In this document: positions 38,909-53,435 of the stretch, one piece after another
How positions within the stretch are numbered: position 1 is the first letter of the stretch
Layout: every line of letters starts with the position of its first letter
Source of the DNA: Eledone cirrhosa
Lineage: Eukaryota
Assembly: GCA_964016885.1 (NCBI GenBank)
Contig: OZ024753.1
Location: 16,120,001 to 16,184,000 of the forward strand
Reading direction: 5' to 3'
DNA: 64,000 nucleotides
Program-made: the position numbers and the translations under genes
Notes under the pieces: model-generated
Databases searched by the model: none
What the model was told of the DNA's origin: nothing
What the model saw: the letters and a program-made list of their open reading frames with translations, nothing else

Positions 38909-39454
38909 CTGAGGAGGAGCCCAGGTACAACAACAACCACAGGGGTAGGTTATTTCTTCAGGGTCAGGAAACATGTCCAAGAAATCCTTCTTGTTGTTAT
39001 ATTGACAGCTGAGGAGGAGTTCAGGTATATGTATATCATTAAATCAATACCAAAACAATCTTTCGTAAATTCCTTTGTGTGTGTGGGTCGGGGTATATAT
39101 AAAGACCTCTTGGCAGGGTTGTGGAGGGGTTGTCCTCAACAATGCCTGCACTCCAGAGGGTCCTTTCCAAAGCATATAAAGACCTAACTATAAAATTAGT
39201 TCTAGTTAGTAAACTAACAATGCCACAGTTATATCTCTACATGTGTTATTGCTTTACATTTCCATGTATGTTGCATTTCTTTGTGTTTTTATTTTCCCTA
39301 ACAACAGTCTCCTTCTCCCCCTCCTTCCCCTCCCCTAACCACACCCCCTACCGTTACTCAGTAAGAAGTTCTACATTCAATGACAGCTCAAACTAAAAGA
39401 CAAAGAAAAAGAAGGAAAATAAAAAAACACAAGATGTTTGTATGGAACTATTCC

Positions 39455-39840
39455 TCCATATCATCATCATCGCTAACACCACACCTGCCAACACTACTAC
39501 CACCATCGCTAACACCATCATAACAATCAACATCATCACCATCATCATCATCACCACCATCACTAACACCATCACAACAATCATCACCACCACCAGCACC
39601 ACCACAACAATCACCACCACCACAATCACCATCGCCGCCGCCACCACCACCACAATCACCATCACCACCACCACCACAATCATCATCACCACCACCACCA
39701 CAATCATCATCATCATCATCATCATCATCACCATCACCATCACCACCACCACCACCACCACAATCACCACCACCACCACAACAATCACCACCACCCCCAC
39801 CACAACAATCACCACCACCACCACCACCATCATCATCATC
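39455..39840. repeat. (CAC/CAT)n compound microsatellite
   Basis: Direct inspection. Confidence 0.95.
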
Positions 39841-40051
39841 TGTCAGTTCTCACCTCAACAAACCTCTTTAGTCAACCTAGTAAACAACAGAATCGACAGG
39901 TAGGTCAGTATATTATTGATGGAAAGTTAGAAAACACCTGAAATGCAAGATTTTGTTATTGGGTTCATGTTGAAGTTGTTGAAGTAGGAGAAACAAAAGA
40001 GTCACAAAAGTAATGTCTATATGGGAGACTTTTACTTAGAATTTATATATA

Positions 40052-40640
40052 CTAGCTGGCACCGTGCCGTCAAAAACGATGGTTAATTTAAATATCGGAC
40101 ACCCGGTCACGAATGACCATGGGATTTGCACCTAGAAAGTTTTCCCTCCGAGGGACAAGTCCGGGCAAGGTTGTTTGAGGAAGACCAGCAGTTGCCCATG
40201 TATACCAGTCTCCCCGATGATATCCAAGGGAAAGGCAATATCCGATACAGTTTGGCACCAGTGACATCGCAGCGCATTTCTACAGCTGAATAAGCTGGAG
40301 CAACCTGAAATAAAGTGTCTTGCCCAAGGACACAACGCATCACCCGGTCAGAGAATTGAACTCACAACCTCTCAATTGCAAGCCCAATGCTCTAACCACT
40401 AAGCCATGCACCTTCACTATTTGAATATCTATCTCTACATAATATAAAAAAGAGATGTTGGTTGGTTGGTTGGTTCCTTCACGCTCACTCACACAAGTGA
40501 TACAAACATACAAACACACAGCCAATGTGTGTAGCCATTTCGCTACACACATACATACACAACTGTGATGAACCTTAGAACACTGGACCTCTACAGTGTC
40601 TCATCCCCTCCTCCTTCCTCACTCATCACATAAATCAGTG
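40052..40640 (-). mobile_element. Non-autonomous Helitron fragment interrupted by a SINE
   Basis: Minus strand ends CCATCGTTTTTGACGG..CTAG|T at 40052. Body homologous to 17780-17967. Confidence 0.65.
40097..40418 (-). mobile_element. CORE-SINE (third tail type) nested in the Helitron
   Basis: tRNA head plus CORE. Candidate target-site duplication ATTTAAATATC (40086-40096) / ATTTGAATATC (40419-40429). Confidence 0.8.
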
Positions 40641-40704
40641 TAGGTAATTATTATTTTTTCTAAGTGTGTCTGTTTATATAATTGTATGTGTAGATGTTTG
40701 TAAT

Positions 40705-41362
40705 TCTGGTGGTGGTGGTGGTGGTGGTGATGAAGGTGGTCGTGATGGTGATGATGGTGGTGGTGATGGTGGTGGTGGTGGTGATGGTGATGATGGTGGT
40801 GGTGATGGTGGTGGTGGTGGTAGTGGTGGTGGTGATAGTAGTCATAGTGGTGATGATAGTGGTCATAGTAATGATGATGGTGGTGGTGGTGATGAAGATG
40901 GTGGTGATGGTGGTGGTGGTGGTGATGATGGTGGTAGTGGTGATGGTGGTGGTGGTGGTGACGATGGTGGTAGTGGTGGTGGTGGTGATAGTGGTCATAG
41001 TAATGATGATGGTGGTGATGGTGGTGGTGGTGGTGATAGTGGTGGTGGTTGTGGTGACAGTGGTGATGGTGGTGGCAGTGGTGGTGATAGTGGTGGTGGT
41101 TGTGATGGTGGTGGTTGTGGTGATGGTGGTGGTTGTGGTGGTGGTTGTGGTGATGGTGGTGGTTGTGGTGGTGGTGGTGGTGGTTGTGGTGGTGGTGGTG
41201 GTTGTGGTGGTGGTGGTGGTAGGGGTGGTGTTGATGGTGGTGGTGGTGATGGTATTGATGATAGTGGTGGTGATGGTATTGATGATAGTGGTGGTGGTGA
41301 CAGTGACATCAGCAACTATGATGACTACTACTACCATTACCATCAACCCCACCACTACCAAT
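40705..41362. repeat. (GGT/GAT)n compound microsatellite
   Basis: Direct inspection. Explains the Gly-, Val- and Thr-rich ORFs. Confidence 0.95.
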
Positions 41363-41479
41363 AATGGATGAAGGAAACAGGTAATTAAGAAAGTTTGTAT
41401 TTTTAGAGAACATGTAATTATTATAATAATTATGAAAGAGATAAAATCTAAATTGAAAACAGATCTCCAGAATTATATT

Positions 41480-42015
41480 CTTAAATGATGGCAAGAAAAA
41501 CCCTTCCATGGCCAATATCACAAAAAAAGCTGAAGAGAGAGGAAATGGACAAACAAAATTCACAGAACTAGCTAACCTCATCCTAACATGTATGCATTTC
41601 AGTGCCACAGTTGAGATAACTTGTTTCCAACAGTTCATAACTTCATTTTACTGGAGAAAAAAACTGGCACAGCAACTGTAGCAGTCAACAGGTTAAGAAG
41701 CACTGGACTAAAGGCCAAATCTAAAGGATTTTTAATTGCAACACAAGATCAAAGCCTCCCCCACCAGAAACTACCCCCAAACAGAAGGTTAATAGTAACT
41801 GCAGAATATGTTGAGGTGGGGAAGAAACAATTAACCATATTGTCTCTGGTTGTCCAGTCTTTGCCAGAAATGAATATACACAGACATGAGAGAGTTGGGA
41901 TTTACATACACTGGAAGTTATGCTAACATTATGAAATACCAACAGACAAAATATGGTACAAAAATACAACAGAAAATGTATCAGAGAATGACAAAGCCCC
42001 TATACACAGTATATG
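41480..42015 (+). mobile_element. R4/Dong-clade REL non-LTR retrotransposon fragment (degenerate)
   Basis: Read across frameshifts: WQEKPFHGQY, GFLIATQDQSLP, CRIC..ETINHIVSGC (CCHC knuckle), RHERVGIYIHWKLC, and WYK..ENVSEN. Confidence 0.8.
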
Positions 42016-42952
42016 CCAATACACCAACATCACCTTTTCCCTGTAAAGTTATGTTGGTACTACAACATCCAGTCCAAACTAAAGTGGTCATGTAGGTGTC
42101 ACAACAAAAAGCACCCAGTCCACACTGTAAAATGGTCATGTAGATGTCACAACAAAAAGCACCCAGGCCACGCTGTAAAGTGGTCATGTAGGTGTCACAA
42201 CAAAAAGCACCTAGTCCACACTGTAAAGTGGTCGTGTAGGAGACATGGTAAAAAGGTCCCCAGTTCACACTGTAAATGTGGTTGGTGTTAGGAAGGGCGT
42301 CCAGCCATAGAAAACCTGCCAGATACAGTCCTATACGAGCGAGACATATGGCAGGTCTTGGATATTTTTAACCTTGTAGAGCCCTCCCCTCCCACACACC
42401 CGGGTAGACCCCCACCCCTCCCCACACAGCCATTGTTTCCAAAAAAGAAAGAAAATGGTAGGGAGGAGATGAGAAAGAAATGTAGTGGAAGAATAAACCC
42501 CATTATTTGACTGGTACTTTTTTTTATTGGCCTCGAAAGACTGAAAGACAACACTGACCTCAGCAGGATTTGAACTCAAAGTGCCGAGAGTCGGAACAAA
42601 TAACTTAAATCCTACTCTGACCTAACAACTCTGCCAATTGGCCACCTTAATGGAGAGAGAGAGAGAGAAAGAGTGCGTGCGTGTGTGCATGTGTGCATGT
42701 GTGCATGCGTGTACACGTTTGTGTGTCATTATCATCATCAGCGTTTTTAGGTCCGCTTTTCCTTGCTTGCATGGGTTGGACAAAATATATATATCAAGTT
42801 TAATACAGAAATGGTTTCTACAAGACTGTTTCATTCAAAAGAGATCATCTGTTGTATGAAAGTTCTGTAGAAGCCATTTCTATATTTAACTTGATGTTTC
42901 ACTCTACTAATGTATTGAGTACCTTACTGTTGTTACTCTCAATTGAACCCAA

Positions 42953-42991
<39 letters not shown>

Positions 42992-43364
42992 GCATATATA
43001 TGCATACATAGTCCTGATAGAGTCGTAGAGGTGCCGTATAAAGATACAGCATTTCTTGAGTAATTTAAGCCTGGCAGAGCCAATTGCTCTCCAGACCTGA
43101 GTACAGTAGAAAGTGAGAGGGATGAAATGGGAAAGAGATGTGAGAGGGATGAAATGGGAAAGAGATGTGAGAGGGATGAAATGGGAAAGAGATATAGAGA
43201 AATAATCCACCCCAGTACTAGACTTGGTACTTTTTTTATCAACCCCGAAAGGATGAAAGGTAAAGTTGACCTCGGCAGGATTTGAACTCAGAGCTGGAAT
43301 GAATATCATAAAACATTCTATCTCATGTTCTGACGACTGTCAATTCGCTGCCTATATATATATA

Positions 43365-43417
<53 letters not shown>

Positions 43418-43969
43418 GGTTTTAATTTTCATCCAAGCAATCTTGGAAAGTTTCTTGTCAGTAGCTGTGAACGTGCTAAAGTGAAGTATGTTGTTTGTAT
43501 GTTGGGAATAACTGAAATGACATCACGTTGAGATGAAGAAGCCTTGTTTATCTGTTATTTATTTTGATGACTCAATGTCTGAAATATTTGACCAAAGTCA
43601 CCTCAGTTTTCCTTGGCAGGAAATTCAGTGACAAAATATTTCAGTTGTGTATTTTCTTGGATTCGTTTAAACAAAGAAACATTTCGTAAACAGAATCTCT
43701 GTTATCATATGGGACTAAAGGATCTATTTGTTTTTAGCATTCATCAGACTGCAGTAATGCTGGGACACCACCTTCAAGGGATTCAGTTGATCAGCTCCTT
43801 CTTTTCAAGTTTGGTTCTTTTTAATCAATCTCTTTTTGTCACACTGTTAAGTAATGGACATAAACATGTTCACGCACACACACACACACGTGTGTGCGTG
43901 TATATGTTTGTATATAAATATATATATATATGTATGTGTGTGAGTGTGTATGTATGTATGTGTATATAT

Positions 43970-44510
43970 ATATCATCATCATCATCATCATCATCGTTTA
44001 ACGTCCGTGTTCCACGCTTGCATGGGTTTGGACGGGGGTAGTCCCACTTGAGGCAAGAGTGATTGTCTTGCTCGCATAGGACTGTCTGGCAGGTTTTCTA
44101 CAGTTGGATGCCCTTCCTAACACCAACCACATTTACAGTGTGGGTCTGGGAGGTTTTTACCGTGTTGCCTACACGGCCACATTACAGCGTGGACTGTGTG
44201 TTTTTTTGTCGTGACACCTACACGATCTCATTTGTTTCGGCCTGGATGGCACGGCACCAACATAACTTTACATAGAACGGGGTGGTGTGGATGGGGTGGG
44301 GGTGGTGGCGGGACGGGGTGTATTTTGTTAGAGATGCCTACTGGCAAGGCGGGTCTTCTCTGTTACTGAGTACCGCCAAAGGTCTCGGTCCAGTGACATT
44401 GTCTTGGAGAGGTGTAAGTGTGTGAGGTCGGAGTTTATCAGCTCATCCCAGGTTTTTCTAGGTCTGCCTATTCCGTGGCTTCCGTCTATCTTTATTGCCC
44501 TGCACTTTGA
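43970..44510 (-). mobile_element. RTE LINE extreme 3' fragment with (GAT)n tail
   Basis: KCRAIKIDGSHGIGRPRKTWDELINSDL. UTR homologous to 19731-20100. Confidence 0.9.
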
Positions 44511-47189
44511 TATATATACAGAAAGTATTGTGTCCATGGTTTACAAGCTGAAGCATATAGACAATATGCCCCCACCGCAAGGTGGTTGTGGAGGTGCCAC
44601 GGCAAAAAAGCACCCAGCCCACACTGTAAAGTGGACGTGTAGGCGCCACGGAAAAAGTACCCAGCACTCACTGTAAATGAGGTTGGTGTTAGGAAGGGCA
44701 TCCAGCTGTAGAAACCAAGCCAGATCAGTTCCTGTATGAGCAAGGCATGGTCAGCCGACCAGACACTGCCCACAACAGGACAACCCGTCTAACCCATGCT
44801 AGCGTGGAAGAACGGACGTAAAACGGTGATGATGATGATGATGATGACAGACACACTTCCCTGCGAGCGAGACATGGTCTCCCGACTATTCCCGCATCAA
44901 ATAGAACAAAACCGTCTAACCCATGCTAGCATGGAAGATGGCTGTTAAACGATGATGATGATATGATAGGATATATATATACTGTAAATGTGGTGTTAGG
45001 AAGGGCATCCAGCTGTAGAAAACCTGCTAGAAACAGTTCTGTTCGAGCGAGACACGGTCTCCCGACCAATCTCACCTCAAGTGGAACAAAACCGTCCAAC
45101 CCATGCTAGCATGGAAGATGGACATTAAATGATGATGATGATTGTTAATGTTTGCTCCATTCTTGACCAATGCATTACTGGTATTTTATTTTATTTTATT
45201 GAAGCCATAACGATGAAAGGCAAAGCTAACCTCAGCGAGATTTAAATTCAGAAGGTAAATGGCCGTAACTATGTGGTGAAGCATGTCTGACGCTCTACCA
45301 ATACTGCCAATCCAGTGCCTAATATTAATGATAATAATTGTTTCTACTTTTGGCACAAGGCCAGCAATTATCCCAGTGTATTACTCAGCGGGATTTGAAC
45401 TCTGAACATAAAGGGCCGTAACTCTTTGCTGGAAAGTATGGTGTCCGACCCTCTACCAATACTGCCAATCCATGATAATAATTTGCAAGTAGGGGGAAGT
45501 CAGTTAAATCAACCCTAGTACTTAACTGGTACTTTATTTTATTGACCTCAGAAGGATGAAAAGGGAAGTTGACTTTACATTCTGAGTTCAAATCATGCCA
45601 AAGAACTGAAGCTAAATACTACATGGTATATCTTTAGACTAAATGGGAAACAGTTACATTTGACATGGGTAACATAGATCTTGAAATATTAAACCCTTAT
45701 CCAGATTAGAAGATGCTTTTGATGGAAGAGAAACCAACTACCATCCAAAAGAAGAACAAACTGTTTAGTATTAGTGAAAGTTCAACATAATAAAAGAGAA
45801 GATTACAGTTTTAATCTGCAATATACCTACTTGTAGCAATACTCCATAGTTGGGAAATGTCTGTTTTTATATTTTAATTGTTTGTATAAATAAATTGATA
45901 TTTACTGAGTAAACTGTGTGTTTAGTATAATATATATATTTTTGAAATTGAAAAAAAAAACTATTTACTCTCTGAAGAATATATTGTAAAGATTGTATAA
46001 ACTCCATATTTCCTGTGTAATCTTGATATTGCAGGTCTATCACATGACTTCTCATTACCCAGAATGCCATTGTTTCAGGGCAATTCACTTTATTTCACAC
46101 AGTATTCCCCGATAGGACTAAAGACCCTATCATTAAAACACCCAAGAAATGTTGAGACACAACCTCGAAGGAGGCCAGCTAAGACTGCAGAGATTGAAGA
46201 TTTGAATTTCCATTTAGTTTTCTTACAAAGGAAACAAATGTGTGCTAGGGACAAACACACCTGAATTGAATTTAAGCAACAACTGAAGTTAATATGTACC
46301 TGTGTAGTGAGAAAGACATCATCTTTGTCATTAGCCTTTGTTTCTTTGTTATTTTATTGGGGGCGGGGACAAAAGAGGGTTATAAGAAAGATGTTAGGAA
46401 TATATATGAGCTGTGTTTCAATCTTTATAATAATATCATGCTAACTTTACAAGATATACTGTGAACATTTTCATTTTATAGTGACACCAACACTACCACT
46501 GTACCTTATACACACTGTAAAGTGTCAGTCCTGATATCATGATAAAATGTAGCCAGAGCACCTTGTAAAGTGGCTGGCATTAGCAAGGGCATCCAGCCTT
46601 AGAAACCATCATCATCACTGTTTTATGTCCATGCCAAATATTAATGACACCAGCACTACCACTGTACCTTGTACACACTGTAAAGTGTCAGGATTGATAT
46701 CATGATAAAATGTAGCCAGAGCACCTTGTAAAGTGGCTGGCATTAGCAAGGGCATCTACCCATAGAAACTATGACAAATATGAAAAATGAGAATCAAGAC
46801 ATGGTTAACTGACCAGTCTAGTCACAGACCATAAAGGTTTGTCCAACCCATACTATCACAGAAAGAGGGTATTAAAGGACAATCATTGCTGTGTACAATT
46901 ATATAGCACATATACTACATATCTTAATTAATTACCAAAACGAGCACTAATTATATGCAAATTAGTACATCCATTTCAGAATAATACTAAGAAGGAATGG
47001 GTATACATACCCATCAAATACATGTTTCCCTGTGGTTGATTGGATGATGTACACGTCTTCTGGTGAGAATCCAATAAAATCCAAAAATAAATGAAAGATA
47101 TTTATCATTTTTCTCAATTTACAGGAAAATATGTATTTTCTGGTATATTTGCATGCCTACCAATAAGATATGTGTATATTTATACACTA

Positions 47190-48225
47190 TCTTATGGTGC
47201 AGCCACACTTAGAATTTGCATCACCAGTCTGGAACCTCTATCTTGCTCAGAATATTGATCTCCTGGAAACTGTTCAGAGACATGCAACCAAGCGAATACC
47301 CTCCATCAGGCATCTACCTTAATCTGAACGCCTTGCTTCCCTGGGCATGGATACATTGAAGCTCCGACTTCTGGCAACTGACTTGGTAAACACCCACAAA
47401 ATTATTAATCATTTTGCCAACAACAACCCTGAGTACCTTTTTGATTTCCATGTGTCTAACACACGTGGACATGCCCACAAAGTCAGAAAACAGCACAGCT
47501 CCCATGACTTTCGGAAACATTTTTTCATGCTCAGAGTTGCTGAAGCATGGAACAAACTACCTGCATCAGTTGTTAGCTGTCGAGACACTGCATCCTTTAA
47601 AACCTCCATGGAACAAACTCCCTGCATCAGTTGTTAGCTGTCGAGACACTGCATCCTTTAAAACCTCCATGGAACAAACTCCCTGCATCAGTTGTTAGCT
47701 GTCGAGACACTGCATCCTTTAAAACCTCCATGGAACAAACTCCCTGCATCAGTTGTTAGCTGTCGAGACACTGCATCCTTTAAAACCTCCATGGAACAAA
47801 CTCCCTGCATCAGTTGTTAGCTGTCAAGACATTGCATCCTTTAAAACCTCCATGGAACAAACTCCCTGCATCAGTTGTTAGCTGTCGAGACACTGCATCC
47901 TTTAAAACCTCCATGGAACAAACTACCTGCATCAGTTGTTAGCTGTCGAGACACTGCATCCTTTAAAACCTCCATGGAACAAACTCCCTGCATCAGGTGC
48001 CACTGCATCCTTTAACACCACCATGCTTCCTGAGATTCGCCAACACTGTACCTGATGCCCCCCCCCCCTCCACACACACACACACACACACATGTATATC
48101 ATGACTCATACACTGTTCATTTTCCTGACATTTGAACATTATTCTATGTACTATACATGCACCTTTGATGTGTTATAGGGCACGTGAGCACTGTACACAA
48201 TAATTTCATTATTCTTATTGTTGCA
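47190..48225 (+). mobile_element. CR1-type LINE 3' fragment
   Basis: VQPHLEFASPVW..LLETVQRHATKRIP..ERLASLG..TRGHAHK..RKHFF..RVAEAWNKLP. Confidence 0.88.
47546..47995. repeat. 61-bp tandem repeat (7 full plus 1 partial) inside the CR1 ORF end
   Basis: CATGGAACAAACT starts at 47546, 47607, 47668, 47729, 47790, 47851, 47912 and 47973. Confidence 0.95.
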
Positions 48226-48429
48226 GTCTCTGTTACACACTCTGTATTTATACAAATATAACTTTATCAATTTATTGATTATATAAAATACATTACTGAA
48301 TAATTTATACATTTCATAGATTGTATAAATTACATAATTTTTGTATAATCTATATATTTTATACCTTGTATAAAATACATGGTAATTACTAATTGGTATA
48401 TTCAATAGACTATACAAGGATATGTAATA

Positions 48430-49785
48430 TTTACTGTGTAAACTATATATTTTATAGATTGCATAAAAATATATTTACGGACTAAACAACGTATTTAATA
48501 GCTTGTATAAAACACACAATATTTATTATGTCAACTATATATTCTACATACTGTATAAAATATTTAATATCTACAGTGTTAACATATTTTATAGATTGTA
48601 TAAAATATATTTATGGTCTAAACGATGTATTTAACAGACTGTATAAGACACACGGTATTTACTATGTGGTATTTACTGTATAGATTGTATAAAATATATT
48701 TAGTGGGTGATATTTACTGTGTAGACGATATATTTTATAGACTGTATAAAATATATTTACTGTGTAGACGATATATTTTATAGACTGTATAAAATATATT
48801 TACTGTGTAGACGATATATTTTATAGATTGTATAAAATATATTTACTGTGTAGACTATAAATTTTATCATCATCATCATCATCATTTCATTTTACGTCCG
48901 CTTTTCCCTGCTTGCAAGGGTGGGACGGGAACTGATTTTGGCTTGATTTCTACAGCTGGATGCCCTTCCTAACACCAACCTCATTTACAGTGTGTGCTGG
49001 GTGCTTTTTAGCCGTGGCACCTACACGTCCACTTTACAGTGTGGGCTGGGTGCTTTTTTGCCGTGGCACCTCCACGACCACTTCGCAGTGGAATGATATG
49101 GACCCCAGTCCCTATCATCTCATTTCTACAGCTGAGTAAACTGGAGCAATGTGAAATAAAGTGTCTTGCTCAAGGAAACAACATCACCCGGTCTGAGAAT
49201 TGAACTCACAACCTTTCGATTGCAAGGCCAATGCTCTAACCACTAAGCCATGTGCCTCCACTAGACTGTATAAAATATATTTACTGTGTAGACTATATAT
49301 TTTATAGACTGTATAAAATATATTTACTGTGTAGACTATATATTTTATAGACTGCATAAAATATATTTACTGTGTAGACTATATATTTTATAGACTGTAT
49401 AAAATATATTTACTGTGTAGGCTATATATTTTGTAGACTGTATAAAATATATTTACTGTCTAATATTTACTGTGTAGACTATATATTATATAGACTGTAT
49501 AAAATATATTTACTGTGTAATATTTACTGTGTAGACTATATATTTTATAGACTGTATAAAATATATTTACTGTGTCGACTACATATTTTATAGACTGTAT
49601 ATATTTACTGTATATATATTTACTGTGTAGACTATATATTTTATAGTCTGTATAAAATATATTTAGTGTATAGGCAATATATTATATAGACTGTATAAAA
49701 TATATTTACTGCGTAATATTTACTGTGTAGACTATATATTTTATAGACTGTATATATTTACTGTATATATATTTACTGTGTACTA
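48430..49785. repeat. AT-rich minisatellite of about 43 bp split by a SINE
   Basis: TAGACTGTATAAAATATATTTACTGTGTAGACTATATATTTTA on both sides of 48868-49261. Confidence 0.85.
48868..49261 (-). mobile_element. Full-length CORE-SINE with RTE-derived tail
   Basis: tRNA head, CORE, UTR repeat and (GAT)n tail. Another copy lies at 50118-50468. Confidence 0.85.
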
Positions 49786-50479
49786 AATTACTTTTAATAG
49801 AAAGATCTAGAAGGGGTTATCATTTATAACTAATTAACGAGAGATATAACGAGAGATATAATGAGAGATATAAAGAATATGTATTAAAATTACTTCATGT
49901 GATGTCTACCATTTATTTTAGAAGAACAGCTGAAAATTAATTAAAACAGACAGGCTTGGCTGTGTAGTTAACAAGTTTGGTTTGAAATCACAGGGTTTCA
50001 GGCTCAGGTCAGAGTGCTATTGAATGTCTTCTTGGGTGGGTTAATGCCTCAGAAGTGAAATTTGGTAGACTGATTCTGCAAAAGCCCATAAAGATTATGT
50101 ATATATATACTTATATATCATCATCATCATTTTCATCATTTCATTTTACGTCCCCTTTTTCCCTGCTTGCAAGGGTGGGACGGGAACTGATTCTGGCTTG
50201 ATTTATACAGCTGGATGCCCTTCCTAAATTCAACCTCATTTACAGTGAGTGCTGGTGCTTTTTTTGCCGTGGCACCTCCACGACCACTTTACAGTGAAAT
50301 GATAGGGAGCCCAGTCCCTATCATCTCATTTCTACAGCTGAGTAAACTGGAGCGATGTGAAATAAAGTGTCTTGCTCAAGGAAACAACACATGACTCGGT
50401 CTGAGAATTGAACTCACAACCTTTCGATTGCAAGCCCAATGCTCTAACCACTAAGCCATACGCCTTCATATATATATAT

Positions 50480-50515
<36 letters not shown>

Positions 50516-50591
50516 TATATATATATATATATATTATATATATTATATATATATATATATATATTATATATACATATTATATTATATATAT

Positions 50592-50623
<32 letters not shown>

Positions 50624-51048
50624 TATATATATATATATATATATTATATATATTATATATATATATATATATATTATATATATTATATATATATATATAT
50701 ATATTATATATATTATATATATATATATATATATTATATATATTATATATATATATATATATATTATATATATTATATATTATATATATATATATATATT
50801 ATATATATTATATATATTATATATACATATATTATATATATATATTATATATTATATATACATATATTATATATATATATTATATATTATATATATAATA
50901 TATTATATATACATATATATATATATTATATATTATATATATTATATATATATTATATATTATACATATATATATTATATATATATTATATATATATATA
51001 ATATATATATATATATTATATATATATATATATTATATATATATATAT

Positions 51049-51082
<34 letters not shown>

Positions 51083-51090
51083 ATATATAT

Positions 51091-51121
<31 letters not shown>

Positions 51122-51260
51122 ATATATATATATTTATTTATATATATATATATTATATATATATATATTATATATATATATATATTATATATATATATAT
51201 TATATATAATATATATATAATATATATATTATATATAATATATATATATATATAATATAT

Positions 51261-51351
<91 letters not shown>

Positions 51352-51467
51352 TATATAATATATATATATTAGAGTTCTAGTCCTGTAGAATCTCATCTAT
51401 ATTAAAATATATATTATATATATATATATTATATATATATATATTATATATATATCTATCTATCTAT

Positions 51468-51741
51468 CTAAGGCGGGTAAAATTCCCGAGATCCATGGAC
51501 GAGTTCTCTCCAGCGGTCTCTGTCCCTCATTATCGCTGCCATATCCTGCATCTCCAACAGACCAGTGTCTGTCCTTAGGGCATCAACATATGTTAACCTT
51601 GGTCTTCCTCTTCTAGTGTGTCCATGTAAGGGCTCCCAAAGGAGCACTGAGTGCAATGTCAACTCTGGATGTCGGTGAGCATGTCCAGCCAACATCAGTC
51701 TCCTCTGTGTCACATTTGAGCTGACTTTTGGGATGCTCCCA
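51468..51741 (-). mobile_element. RTE-like LINE C-terminal fragment
   Basis: RRLMLAGHAHRHPE..LLWEP.HG..RRGRPRLTYVDAL..DTG..MRDRDRWRELV, followed by (TAGA)n. Confidence 0.8.
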
Positions 51742-51939
51742 ATATATATATTATATATAAATTATATATATTATATATATATTATATATATTATATTATA
51801 TATATATTATATATATATATATTATATATATATATATTATATATATTATATATATATATATATATTATATATTATATATATATTATATATATTATATTAT
51901 ATATATATAACATATATATTGTATATATATATATTATAT

Positions 51940-52098
51940 ATAGGAACCAGTAAGACCCCGACAGCTGAGCTCAAGCCGTCGAAACGGCTTGAGCTCAGCT
52001 GTCGGGGTCTTACTGGTTCCTATTACCCACTCTACTACCTCAAGTATTGAGTACTTTGGTGCGTTATGGTCCACCTGGTTCCTTACCACATTTCCTCC
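51940..52098 (-). mobile_element. Unclassified repeat ending in a perfect 40-bp-arm palindrome
   Basis: Arms 51940-51979 and 51984-52023 with a 4-nt loop. Body homologous to the 17515 and 32822 copies. Confidence 0.8.
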
Positions 52099-52750
52099 GT
52101 TATATATTATATATATATTATATATATATTTATTATATATATAATATATTATATTATATATATATATATTATATATATAATATATATATATATTATATAT
52201 ATAATATATTATATTATATATATATATTATATATATAATATATTATATTATATATATATATTATATATATAATATATTATATATATATATAAATAATATA
52301 TTATATATATATATTTTATATATAATATATTATATATATATATATATAATATATTATATTATATATATATATTATATATATAATATATTATATATATATA
52401 TATATAATATATTATATATTTATATTATATATATAATATATTATATATATATATATATATATAATATATTATATATTTATATTATATATAATATATTATA
52501 TATATATATATATAATATATTATATTATATATATATATTATATATATAATATATTATATATATATATATATATAATATATTATATTATATATATATATTA
52601 TATATATAATATATTATATATATATATATATAATATATTATATTATATATATATATTATATATATAATATATTCTCAAGTGGGAAAACCCCCGTCCAAAC
52701 CCATGCAAGCGTGGAACACGGACGCTAAACCTGATGATGATATAATATAT

Positions 52751-52820
<70 letters not shown>

Positions 52821-52844
52821 ATATATATATAATATATATATAAT

Positions 52845-52887
<43 letters not shown>

Positions 52888-53008
52888 TATATAATATATA
52901 TTATATATATATATTATATATATAATATATTATATATATAATATATATATATAATATATATTATATATATATATTATATATATAATATATTATATATATA
53001 TATATAAT

Positions 53009-53069
<61 letters not shown>

Positions 53070-53361
53070 TATATAATATATATATATATATAATATATAT
53101 ATATAATATATTATATATATATATATATAATTATATATTATATATATATATAATATATTATATATATAATATATATATATAATATATATTATATATATAT
53201 ATTATATATATAATATATATTATATATATATATTATATATATAATATATATTATATATATAATATATATATAATATATAATATATATATATAATATATAT
53301 TATATATATAATATATTATATATATATATTATATATATAATATATTATATATATATATTAT

Positions 53362-53435
<74 letters not shown>

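Noticed and set aside
40666-41364. Gly-rich 232-aa ORF
   Set aside because: It is a (GGT)n microsatellite that is open in several frames on both strands.
46035-46264. Possible terminal coding exon after TTGCAG
   Set aside because: There is no recognisable protein motif and no linked upstream exon.
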